From the NCBI GenBank assembly GCA_001949185.1, contig BDGG01000016.1, positions 372,001 through 436,000 of the forward strand: 64,000 nt of DNA. The letters are read 5' to 3'. The notes under the pieces were generated by a model. That model was not told where the DNA came from. It ran no database searches and saw only the letters and a program-made list of their open reading frames with translations. The stretch is from Ramazzottius varieornatus. Taxonomy: Eukaryota; Animalia; Tardigrada. Both the position numbers and the translations under genes were made by a program. Within the stretch, counting starts at the first letter, position 1; every line of letters starts with the position of its first letter. Below are positions 38,791 through 50,743 of this stretch, one piece after another.

Positions 38791-41028
38791 ATGAATCCAC
38801 GAGAAATACAGGATCAGATCATCGCTGCGGAGCAGAATAAACGACCCGTGCCCAGTTCTTCACCCATCAGAATCAACAGCGGAGGTAAACAAGCGAATTA
38901 TTTCAAATAACTTTTCGTCTGAACCATTCGCGCATCCTTTTAACAATTACGCAATACTTGTGCGCAGATTAGTCGGGACTAATGCAAGGAGGATAAATTA
39001 GGGAATTTGTCTGTGATGGCTAATGGGGAACCTCGTTAATTATTACCGTAAATTCTATCCACAGGAAGGTCATCCCCGGGAATACACCTGCTGTCTCCCA
39101 GACGCTCACCCCTTCCCATGACTCCAGACCAGCTCGAAAACTTTCTAGTGGGCGAAGACCGTCTGCAGAAAATGATTTTGGCTCATGAGATTGCGGTCAA
39201 TGATCAGTTCAAGATTGAAGACTCGTCCTCGATGCAGGGAACGTAAGTGTAATGTGGAACTTAGTCGCTCTGATTCTAGAGACAGACAGATAAATCTGTG
39301 TTGGACCCAATAGGTTGGAAGCCCATGTGAAGGGAACAATCGAACAAGCTTTCTGGGACGTACTGCAGTCTTCGCTTTCAAAAGAGCCACCCGATTACAC
39401 TCACGCACTTGTAAGTCGGACTGTCTCTATACATCTTCCTCTCAGTCCTTGTGCACCTCGAATCTATCTTGCAGATTCTGTTGGAAGAGGTCAAAGAGGT
39501 ACGGGGACTATGCCGAAAGTTTGCTTAATAATTTGTCTGACTTCGGTCAGCTTCCGGTCTGTGACCAGATTGGCACCTAACTTAGCTGACTTTTTCTCTC
39601 TGTGTGATAGCGGATGTCAATTTGCAGACTCTCATATCTTTCTTGCCCGATGGTCCACGTGGAAAACAATTCAAGGAAAGCATTCGAGATAATCTGGACG
39701 TGAAGCATGTGCAGCAACAAGTAGCCAACGACGCCTTCGACTTTCGGGAGAAAGCTGACTTCATAATAGTCATGATGGGAAAACTCTGCGCACCAGGTAC
39801 GTCCCGGAGCATGCACTATCTTTGAGACTATACTACAACGAGAACCGTTTTTTTTCAGCTAGAGATGACGAGATCAAGCGGTTGAGAGAAATCGACGATA
39901 TCGTACCGCTCTTTAGGTATGTTGAGCCTTTTCTCCTACCAAAAGTAGCCATATTATAGTTATCCTTCAAGTCTGTGACGAGTTCGTAATGCTATAGGGA
40001 AGTCTTCAAGGTATTAGAAGAAATGAAAGTGGACATGCTGAACTTCACGCTCAGCCAAATCCGCCCAGTCATCTACCAACACTCCGTCGAATACGAACAA
40101 CAGATGTTCGACGAATACCTTCAAACTCAACAAGGTAAGCTTGAGCCTTCGTATACTGGCCCGATCTTCCCTTCACGATCCCCTCTGATTATAGAGCCTC
40201 TCGCTATGACGCAGGAATGGTTGAAGCACACCGCCCTCCAGTTACTTCCGTCCTCTGACTTCTCAACCGAACCACCTGCTGGCACTTCCGATTGGAAGGT
40301 CTCTCCAACTAGAATACTCAAGACAGCCTTTCTCGACCTCTTCGACACCGACATGACGGAGTTTCCCGAGACAATCACGGTCGATCTTCCTAGGCTGTTG
40401 CCTCTCCTCGCCGAAGCTTCCTCCCTCGTCCTGCAAGCTGCCGTCCTGGCCGTTACATGGAATACGGTCGGGAACCTTCTTGCTGAGCAACCCGCCGTCA
40501 AGTCCCAGCTCACCGAAGAAGTATCCGTCCTCATGGGTGACAGTGTCACGGAAGAAGTCGATCTACTGAGGAGAGTGGGAGAAGTTGTCCTAGCAAGACT
40601 GAAGGCTTCCTTACCGGCCGAAGTCCCAATGCATGAAAGGGTCTTGTCGAGTTTGACTTCACAGATTATCGACCTACAGAGACCGGACAATCCAGTTCGA
40701 AAACTTATCGGTAATTTACTCTAACACCTATGAACTATGCACCATGTTTGAAATAACCATTCACGTCTTGTCGGTTACAGCAAAAAGGTTGAAGGAATTT
40801 GTAGAAGCCGTATTGTCCAATATGGCCACCAAGGTGCCGACCGCGCTGCTGCCTGTCCAGAAGCAGGTGGTCAGAGTCGCAGGAACTTTCGCAAAGATCT
40901 TCGCCCGGAACCAAACGGTCTTCGGTAAGTACTACTCACAGATCCTGTCAGCGTTAGGTGACGAACTGGGCCTCAAAGTTGCAAGACCCTCTAACAATTT
41001 GAGCCCGACTACTGCCCCTACTGAATGA
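38791..41028 (+). CDS. TCP11L1: T-complex protein 11-like (TCP11L1/2)
   Basis: MILAHEIAVNDQF, IEQAFWDVLQSSLSKEPPDY, MMGKLCAPARDDEI, MKVDMLNFTL, YEQQMF, FPETITVD, RNQTVFGKYY. Multi-exon. Confidence 0.9.
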
Positions 41029-41292
41029 ATTCTCAAAAATAGCTGTTGTACAGCAAGAAGCAATATTTCGACGATTTACTTTGTCAGTTTTATTATTTAC
41101 CGGTGTATCCACTTATGTATTCGAGAAGCCATCTATGGTTATTCTTTCCTTTACTTTTTATCGTTCTTTTTTTACCAACAGCTGAATGACGATCGTATGT
41201 GACCGAAAATTTGAGAATAAAAGAGACATTTTACAATAATATCTAGTGGATATTCAAAATATAGTATTCCGCGTGGGAACCTGAAAGAATTA

Positions 41293-43990
41293 TTATTTCG
41301 CATTATTCTTTTCTCGCTGAGCGAGATTCTTGGCGAATATCTCCTGGTCGAGTTCGTCCTTGACGTGAATATGGTCGGCAATATCGTCCACTTCGACTAT
41401 CCTCGTCTCAAAGAGCCTCTTCCTCTCTGCCTGTGGTATATCAGATATCTGGTCGACGATATCCTTGATGTCCTTCATGACGATGTAGTCGGCCAAGGGT
41501 TCGTCACTTTCAAACTCCACCTTCTTAGGTAAACCGCTGTGTTGGACGGGCCGACCTGGACTGACAGAGCCTTGAGTACCCTTGGTTCCCGGCTTGGTCT
41601 TGCGGTTGATGATGTTCTGCACTTCCGGCTGGATGTAGTCCTCCTCAAAGTCTTGCCGACCGTGACGCATCAGAGCCCGTTTGCGTGTCAAGAAGGCTTC
41701 GGCCTTGTGCTGTTCGATGAAATCGAGTATTTCTTGCAGGCGTTCGTGGTAGATGGTCTCCTGCCGATCTTCTAAGAGGTCCGTTTGCTTGCGCAGTTTG
41801 CTTTCGAGGTTTTCTTGGAAGATTATGGCCAGGCTGGAAAGCTTTTCTTGCTTCAAGCTCACGCGTTGGTCGAGAATGTCTACCATGGGGATTTCTCGAA
41901 GTCGGTCCTGCAGATGTCAGCGATAAATGGGGCGTCGGCAAAATCGTTTTCCCAAGTGGCGCACACGTTTATCCAATGTAGATGAAAACGTGCGCCACTT
42001 CAGACAACGAAGTAGATTAGAAACTGGATGGGAAGCACTTACCATCCATTCGTCTTCGCGTACGGTCTCATCTTCTTCATGGAGCGACAGTTTGCTCAGA
42101 AGATTCCCTATTTCCTCCTCTGTGAGTGGACGTGTTCCTCGGTCGGAACTCTCCAAGCTTGCTTGCATCATCTCACCGACCTGTCGCTCAAACTCCAGCA
42201 AGACGTCAACTTCCTTCTTCATCCATGTGCTTTCTCTCAAAAGCCGGTACTTAATTCTCTCCACATCCGAGCCGGCCAAATTCTGCAACGAAACCTCGTG
42301 TTGGATTGCGAAATGTTCACGGCCGAAATTATTTTTAGCTGGATATCACCTCAAGCTTCAGCTGGAGTTGCATGAGGAGCTTCACCATATCATGGGTGAC
42401 ATCGTCCAGGATACGACAGTACTCCCGTAAAGCGTGTTTGTCCGGACCTTCGACTTCCTCCTTGACGTTTTCCAGATGACGGTACTTTTGGACTAGCACA
42501 CCTTCGACCAGCATCTTGCCGCAGGTGGCGTAGTTCTCGATCATCCGTGCAGCGCCGGACTCAAACCGTTGTTGCAAATGGGTTATGGCGAACAGGATGT
42601 CGGCGTACTTGGAGTTCATCTGGTCTCCGCTCTCGACTATTCGTTGTCGGTATGATTCGTGCAGGGAATGTCCTTCGGAAGACTGACTGGTTATGAACTC
42701 GAGCTCTTCTTCAGGGTCATTAAGGTAGGCGAATAAGTCTCCGCCGTATTCGGAAGGGAGAACGCTTTCCTGTAGATGTTTCATGGGTGAGATTATTGTA
42801 GAAAAATGCCTGAGGGTCAGCAACGGTGTTCCTTTCGTGTTTATAATAGCAAAGTAAACAAACCAATTTCAGAGATGCTTTTGTATCCAAATTCGCTTCC
42901 GTTTGGATTCTGCTTTTCTTTTGCTCCGATTTTTCTCTATGGACAAATGCACGGTACTCATCCTTGAAAATCTCGGCTCCACTTGCTCGCTGAAGAAAGT
43001 AAAAATTAGAGATAATCTTCAGCTTCGCCCACCGTAAATTCAAAACGATGCTTTACCATCGGTGGTTGAATTCGTTTCCAGTCCAAATACCGTAGTTGGC
43101 TGATCCATACGACAACGTACTCGCGATAGTTAGGTAACTTCGTAACGGGGTTGCGTTCGAGATTAAGAGATCGCAGTTTGGGAAGATGCCGAAAAGCGTG
43201 GACCTATCATATATTTACAATAACGTTAAACTAAAGAACTTCGGTGTATCGCGATAATCGCATCGATACAGAGTCAGTAAAAACGGACAAACCTCTTGAA
43301 GAGCTCTGATTTGATTGCATCCTAAGTTGACCAATATCAAATTCTTGAGGGTTGCCACGCCCTCAACCTTTGCAATGCTATTGTGAAATAAGAGCAGCTC
43401 TTCCAGTTTCAGGCATTTGTGCAAGCCCTCGATCTGTTCGATGCTATTGAAAGACAGATCTAAAGAATATTTCGAATTCTTGGAACAGCTGCACCAAGTC
43501 ATGCCAATTATGACTGTGGAGACTAACCAAGTATCCTCAAAGCGGACAACTCGTCCAGTCCGATTATCCGAGAAATGATGTTGTTATTCAGCTTGAGCTT
43601 CTGACATGATCGTAAATAGCCCAATCCATAAATTGATTGGATATCTGGAAAAGTATGCCCATAGCCGGAAGTCTCAGAAATCGAGATGTGGGCATATGAT
43701 TTTAGCCAGATCGTCATCTTGAGTGGCGCACCTTTTCATTGTTGTTGGGTGAAATTGTGCGCCACTTGTAAAACCAATCTGGCTTCGATTTCACTCAATC
43801 AGCGGTTCGGTCGCTCACTGCAGAACTCCAGGTTGAGCTCGACGATGGTACTGACATCAACGCCAGTGGCTTTGGCCAGGTGGAAGCCCCATTCCTTTTC
43901 CGGTCGTGAGCTCAGAGATGTACTGGTCAGGAAGTCGCGGTTGCATATCGTGGGTTTGATGTACCGCTTCGTCTGCATGCCGCGGTTCAT
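41293..43990 (-). CDS. DRC3: Dynein regulatory complex subunit 3 (LRRC48)
   Basis: LAKATGVDVSTIVELNLEF, KLKLNNNIISRIIGL..LDLSFNSIEQIEGL..LEELLLFHNSI..LGCNQI..LRSLNLERNPV..LRYLDWKRI (SDS22-type LRRs plus LRRcap), then a long coiled coil. Alternative start at 44020. Confidence 0.85.
41925..42011. mobile_element. Family A copy, shortened arms (DRC3 intron)
   Basis: CAAGTGGCGCAC-N25-GTGCGCCACTT. Confidence 0.85.
43681..43795. mobile_element. Family A copy (DRC3 intron)
   Basis: GAGTGGCGCAC-N25-GTGCGCCACTTG. Confidence 0.85.
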
Positions 43991-44536
43991 GTCATTGGGC
44001 GTGGCAGAGTGGTCTCCCATTGTGAGCAAAAGAGATCTCCAACTTCTCTTATTTAGAGCTCAAACTACTAATCCATCTCACGACGCCCAATGTGTTTCTC
44101 GAGGGAAAACCTGACCATAGCAACCTTGTATGAAGCAAAAGTGGAGATCACGTATGGCATATGACCTCACCGAACGTTGGATGTGAAATCTGAAGAGATT
44201 CGAGGATAAGGGAGTTAATTGCCCTTAATAACCGGTATTTACAGAATCCGATGCCTGCCGTTGGAAAACTTTTCGACATGCTTATATTCTTATTTGAGAT
44301 CTTCAGAGTAAATCTTATGACGCCCATATACTGCATATTAGAATGGGTTCTTATTCTTCTTGACTTCTTCAATTTAGACTAACCAGAAGACTGTGCGGGA
44401 TATATCGATGTACAGAAATTCATGCTTTGTGTGCTGTACTCGAACCCATCGTAAAAAGAAGCGCAAATCTGCTGGTAGAGTCGTAAAACTGGCTCAAATA
44501 ATCTGCTAATGCAAGCTATGAGCATCAACGCTGATC

Positions 44537-45420
44537 TTAGCGACATCTAACAGTGGAGCCAGGTATCTTTGAGCTTGAGGCTCCAGCAAAGGTTACTTTG
44601 TTCTTCGCCGGCAAACTCACTTCCTCGTACACATGATAGGTCATGCCAGGTAGGTAGGCAGGATGAACTTGGCTTTTGGTTTGAGTTTGTCGCGGCTTGA
44701 CCACTGGCGCAGTGGCGGAAGTGACTTTGCTGGAAGGCGGTGGTGGAGGATAATGAAGGGTATAATCAGGCACGTGCATCTGTAAATCTTGGACAATTTG
44801 TAACAGGCAGAGCTGAAGCGGACTGAGAGTGACTCTTGGCTGTCTCAAACTTCTCCTGGCCGAGCTTGTCGGCGCAGCGGGGCGTGTAGGAACCAAGTGA
44901 ACCGCAACGTTCTCCTCCTGCTCGAATTTGCCTGCAAAACATGTCGAAGGTAAAATTATAGCCTGCTGCGAAATTACATGCTGCATGCGGATACCTCAAA
45001 GGAAGCAATTAAAAATGTTCCCATAAAAGACACCGTAAGGAACCAGTGCGTACGTGCAACAGGTTATTATACTGACCAATGTCCAATACATTCGCGTTAA
45101 GCAGAATTGGAAAAAATGTGTGACCGACGTCGAGTCGCGCAGACCGGTACGCGGGACTTTTGCCCCGAAAAAAAGGGATCGTCACTTTTCTCACTAGTCA
45201 GATGTGCAAGCTTACCTCGTATGGGAACCAGACGGGTTGGTTTAGAAGAATATGTTGATGGACCGAAGTCCAATTTGACGGTGTTGTGGCCATGGGAGTA
45301 CTGAGCGAACGTTTCCATCCGGGTTCCTCGTGTGCCGCGCGCCATCCTCTGGAATCCAAAAGTCTATTGCAGATTCCGTTTGCGCATACAGAATAATATC
45401 GACAAAATTTGGGAACGTAT
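44537..45420 (-). other. Unresolved exon-like region (possible gene ending ..HYPPPPPS..HVYEEV..)
   Basis: Splice-like signals near 45215 and 44995 and a Pro-rich terminal ORF. No consistent reading frame could be assembled. Confidence 0.25.
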
Positions 45421-46690
45421 CCTGGAATGAGGAAATCGAGTCATCAAGTTTGTCGAGAGCACACAAGGTAATAAGCATGTGATCTCGGAATCTCGATGGA
45501 GCAAAGGTTTGCGCTGTCGATGAGGAAGAATTACAGCGTATTGTTCTGAAGCTGGTAAAAGGAGATAGAGTGAAGTGCCGAGAGGAGGAAAAGCTTTTTA
45601 TGGCTGTATCCGCTCCTTCTCTTCTGATGCATGTTATTGTTAAGAGTCAAGACAGTAATGCGACAAGTGTCCTTGATTATACGTCTTAATGCAAACAATT
45701 CTATTGTTGTGCCGCCTTCTTCAACGGCGAAAAGAGCAAGAGAAAGGAGGATGACCACCGTCCAGCACAGCAACAGCGCAATAAACGATACACTGTCATC
45801 CCTGTCATCAAGCCATAAAACCAAAATAAAACATACCTTTCTCTCACAGCGCCCCGAACACGCCATCCATACTGGATGTACTGCACATCTGTCCACTTCC
45901 CCTCGCAAAATCACTCCCATCAAAAAGACATCAAAGATACAACTCAACCGCAGGCCGAAAAACAGTGATTCAATACTGAAGGATGTAGGATCCTGGATCG
46001 GTGAGAACCTCAAATTCATTCGAAAAAATACGAGGGTTGCCGACCGAGTTCTCAGCGCTCAACTTGCTCAACTATTAAGAATCAGTCGGCTGAAATCGAA
46101 AGACAGTAGTCACAGTACCTCGTACCGAGCGGAGAAAACCTTCGGTTAAAGTATGTTCGCGAAGGAGGAAGAAGCGGCGAGTTGCTTTAGCGAGTCTTGG
46201 CTTCAGAGTCGATCTTCAGTCCTGCCTATCTGGTTATTGATGTCGCCGACTAATGACCATCTAAGAGCGGATGGTCACTCCACCCGCTTCGCCTCACGCA
46301 GTCAACCGCACCATCAAGTGTCATGGGAGAAGTCTCTGACCAACTGACGCAGGACAGAGCTTTGCTTTGACCGGTCGACAGCGACAGAACAAAAGGCAGA
46401 CCGAAAAGAAAATCCTTTTAGGACGGTAATCAAACCAACACCGCCCATGTTTAGGGTATCATTAGCAGAAATACGATACCCTCCACGTTTATGCGTACAA
46501 TAGAATCGCTTCATAACGTTTGGCGTTTTTCTCCTTTGTGCAATCTACTTCGATCTTGAAACGATGTTTCCTTATCCAGTACTATCGACGTCAACAGCAA
46601 TAACTTGAAAAAATGATAAGAATTCGAAATGAATTGAAATCAGGAAGAAAAATCTACGCTTGGTCCTCTGTCCACGTCAGAAGTTCGCTG

Positions 46691-46739
46691 CGTTATAGTT
46701 TCATCACTCTTTCTCGTTATAGTTTCATCACGGTTTCTC
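46691..46739. repeat. 24-bp tandem duplication
   Basis: cgttatagtttcatcactctttct / cgttatagtttcatcacggtttct at the 3' end of the pseudogene. Confidence 0.7.
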
Positions 46740-47312
46740 AGCAACTTAACGATGCAAGCTAGAGGTTTCTGCGGGACTGTCGGCGTGGGCCCTGGCATCT
46801 CCTTCTCGGTGACGTAGTCGGACTTGTCCCCTCTGAGGAACAGTACAGGGCCATCGTTAAAGTTTTGGAAACGAGGGAACTCCACTTTTTCCGGCAAGTA
46901 CTTCGGTATCGCCTCCAGTGTTGCTCTCCACTCGATCTTTCCCTTGTTGTCGATTAATTTCGTGACCGGCTGTATAAGTTTTACAAAGAGAAACCATGAA
47001 GAGAACCACATACCAACCATCCTGTGTCCGATGAGGATATGGCTTTCGCTGTCTCCAGTTTGTCCATCACTGCATCGAGGTCTTTGCACATGCCTTCGCA
47101 CGAGCTGTCGGGATCATGTGAACTTTGTCCGTGATCATGATTGCCAACTCAGATGGCACTTTGGCGCAGCTGGTCTGAGAGAGCCGTGGCTATCTCCCAG
47201 AACTTGCCGTTGCTGAAGGTGCCATGAACAACGATCAGAGCACACTCGGCAACTGGCGGCTCGTTCTAACGAGGAGGATCATACTTTGCGTGGTGAAGTG
47301 GAATCGCACTGC
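46735..47312 (-). pseudogene. ABHD11: ABHD11-like alpha/beta hydrolase pseudogene
   Basis: ALIVVHGTFSNGKFWEIATALS..DHGQSSHDPD..MCKDLDAVMDKL..ILIGHRMVG; WRATLEAI..GPVLFLRGDKSDYV; AHADSP. In-frame TAG (47266-68) and TGA (47149-51), frameshifts, and the nucleophile motif GHSMGG changed to GHRMVG. Confidence 0.85.
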
Positions 47313-47720
47313 GAAGGTTACCAGCAGAGTCATATTTCGCAAAAGCTTGTTCCATTATAGGCTGAAAATCCAGACAAACCGTATCCTCAAACCTACCTAC
47401 ATCTTTGTCAAGTTGAAAACGCCTTGGAAAGAATATTACAATAAACAGGATATCACTTGAAGGAGTACACGAAGTGCAGATCCTGACCGATTTACGCGCA
47501 GTCCGAGTAGCCATTGTCCCGGAGGACATATGCGATCTTCCGGTCTAAACGTAAGCCATCAGCAGAGCTGGACTCGTTTCAACTTTACTAGCAATATTAG
47601 AAAAGCATCGGCCAGCTAATCTCCAAAAAACTAACGGCGAAAACCATCCCACCGGACTGAAAACATATCACGTTGACTCTAGGGACAAAGGTCCCTCGTT
47701 TCTCGTTGAGAACTTGATAT

Positions 47721-49849
47721 TCATGCGGGCCACCAAATGTGAGCTCGGTCGGCACTGGAGATGGCTATGGAGCAATCGCTGCCAAACGCCAATGTCCTTA
47801 GATCTGAAGAAGGAAAAAACGAAGTCAGTGTTCAGAACACTGAAAACAGTCTCCTAAAAGGAATCACGAAGATTTGTAAATATCACATACCAAGCTCAGA
47901 TTCGTTCTTCCACTCCCAAAGCACTTTTGGGTCTTTGGTAGGTTCCATCATCTTGGCGGACCCGTCTGCCGAACACGCTAATACATGCGATTCGTCACAG
48001 TGCAGTCCCACAACTCGGCATTGGGTGAAGCCAAAGACTTCCGAGAAATCCGAGACGATCTCGAAGGACTGCGTGTCGTACAGGAAGACACTACCACTGT
48101 TGGTTCCCACCCAGCAGTTCCGTCCGTCGGCGGAAATGCGGTAGCCTTGCTCGCCATCGGGAAACTGCAACGACGATCGCCTTTCATCACACATTCGATC
48201 AAACAAAGTATCGGAGACAAATATTCATGGAGATCTCGGAACGTCAACAAATCATTTACCCAGACTACTAGTCTGCTCTGCCAAGTGGCGCAGGTTTTTA
48301 TTATTATATCATTAACTTATTATTATTAACTAAAGGCGTACGTCACTTTCGAAAAACGATCCAAGGTGAATTCATTTGCCGATGTCCTAGTACGAATATG
48401 TTTACAAACGTGTTTCTTATTGGTAGATTACCGGACTCGTACCTCTTTGGAGAAGACAAAGCGTTGCATGCGGGTGTCCATGACGCGGATGGAATCGCTT
48501 GTTATGATGATGGCTTCATGGCCGACCAACGCAATGTCCCACACCAGCGAAAAACTGTCAGCTTGTGACAGAAATTTGTACATGACCGGGAAAGTCGAAA
48601 CTCTGGCATCGAACAGCTCAACCTATATAAAACATATGTATACTGGTAGAGCCACCAAAACATAACGGGAAATACTCTAAAGGAATCTGATACAGCTACA
48701 GTGGGAGTAGTCGCTTACCGAATTGTGCATGCCAGCCACAACAGTATTGGGGCCATCGCGATCATGACACAATACTCCTCTACCGGTCCTGAAATACAAA
48801 CGGATACATCAATGACGTTTATACTGTGACGGCGGTCCTTCCGGACACCAGTTTGCAAACGGATTCTCGATTAGATAGTCTACCCTAATGAGGTAATTGG
48901 CAGGGTTTGCGCTCCTTGCACATCGTACAACCGGATAGACCGATCCATCGAACCACTGCTCAGCGAGTTCTTCCATACGCAGAGTGAGGTTACCCAGTCC
49001 TGTAAGAAAGACGCGCGAATGTAGTTAGGCAGTAGGAACTACATCGAACCGTAAGTACTGGAGCATATAAATACGGCATCCTATGGACAAACATAACGGC
49101 ATTGAAAAGGCCCCGAAAAAGCACCTACCCCGTGACGATGAGCCACTGTTCCGACATCTCCGAGTCCCAGCTCCGGACTGTAGCTATCGTCCTTGATATC
49201 CCTGAGATTCCACAGAGTTACTCGATGGTCGTTTCCGCCGGTGACCAATACGTTCCCTGAATTGTCCAAAGGTTCAATGGATATACGATAACTGAACACA
49301 TAAGTCATCATAACCAGAAAGCACCAATCACTTTGGACAGACCGAACATCGAGTACATGTATACATCCTTACCGTTATCCATGAATGTCAGCGCGTTGCA
49401 CCTGTGTCCACGTTCGGCCACCGGAAACCATTTGGACTGCATATGGACAGCCTCTTCACGGAATGCGTGTCGAAAACGTTCGTTCTTGACGCACCTTATC
49501 TGTAGAGTCTGAAGTGTAGTCCGCTCGTCATCTGCGGAAGCATAAGAAGCTACACACACCTGCGGTCGTAATTTGTAGTGGAGCGAGACCCCTTACCATC
49601 TATCAACGGAAACAGGTCTTTGGGGTAGTAGGAAGAAGCGCGAAGATGCCAGAAGGAACCATCACTGAGCAGTTCGTTGAGGTAGCGGTTCACCTGGCTT
49701 AAGGTGAGCAGATCTTCCGCCGGGATATATGTCGTAATGCGAAGGAGGATGTCGAAAGGTAGGTCGGAGGAGCCAAGCGGGAAGTGCTCCATGGAATAGT
49801 CTTCGGGATGCATAGATGCTTCCACCGAGTCCACAGGAGCGTCTTCCAT
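47721..49849 (-). CDS. FBXW9: F-box/WD40-repeat protein (FBXW9-like)
   Basis: F-box SDLPFDILLRITTYIPAEDLLTLSQVNRYLNELLSD..W, then WD repeats (VLVTGGNDHRVTLWNL, WVTSL..LSSGSMDRSIRLYDV, CWVGTNSGSVFLYD, ACSADGSAKM). Stop TGA 47721-47723. Paralog assignment is tentative. Confidence 0.8.
48236..48391. mobile_element. Family A copy with expanded AT-rich loop (FBXW9 intron)
   Basis: CAAGTGGCGCAG-N44-GTACGTCACTT. Confidence 0.8.
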
Positions 49850-50743
49850 GGGGAGGGCGTGACGCGTTATTCAGAAAGGTTTCCAATGGTGCAAATAAGC
49901 CGGACCCGGTACCCCGATCCCTTGGAGAACAAGAACATGGAGAACAAGATAGTGAACCGGCTGGGGGGAGAAGTCCAAGCTCATCCGCCAGAGCAATCGG
50001 AAGTGGGAAGATCGCTTTCGCGCGTGGAAACAACGCTATCGGAAATATGGACACTACGGCCAACCATATCGAATACGATGACGTCAGAAGCCAGCGTTTT
50101 GGCAAAACCGGACTAGTTGGAAGTAGAACGACCGACCCTTCGACTTGCGCCACATGACAAAATTCGATGTTAGTGGCCGTTGCGCCAAATGAGATGAATG
50201 GGAAAAGCTGAACCAACGGCTGAGTTGTAAGCAATATGGTGGTCTAGTTTTCATGCCGGAATTTCATACTAAATTTTCTCCCAATATTCTAGGCGCTGTA
50301 AATATTCACTCACTGTAGTGCTGCCGAACCGCGCGTTGCCGGCACCAGAAACGCACGATCAAGCTCTTGATTATGTACGTCAAAGGTGACAGTAGGCTGG
50401 GACCAGGTCTTAGTCAACTGCACCCAGGGTATTCGTGACGTCATTCAAAGACGTGCGGAAGAAAAAGGCGAGCACAGCAAGACTGATCCTGAATACTTCT
50501 GTATCCAAGTCAGCGCCTTGTCGTGTGAGACAGTCTGTATCATGACAATACGGATTTTATGGTAACCTGGTCTCAGATAGACGCGCGGTTCAGCAGCACT
50601 ACAGTGTATTCACTTGGTTTCGTTATCCAGGAAAACAGGTGTAATTTGATCGAACAACGTCAACCACCTTATACTGGACTGGAAAGCGTAGGAGGAATAT
50701 CCTGGAGTGGCGGGCATTTGTGAAGGATTGGTAGTCGGCGAAG

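Noticed and set aside
45531-46149. Overlapping 162-172 aa ORFs on both strands
   Set aside because: No recognisable domain and no consistent splicing into downstream exons; possibly UTR.
50140-50160. Isolated half-site matches (TTGCGCCACATG; also ~15575, ~20880, ~60170)
   Set aside because: No partner half-site at the expected distance, so they were not counted as copies.
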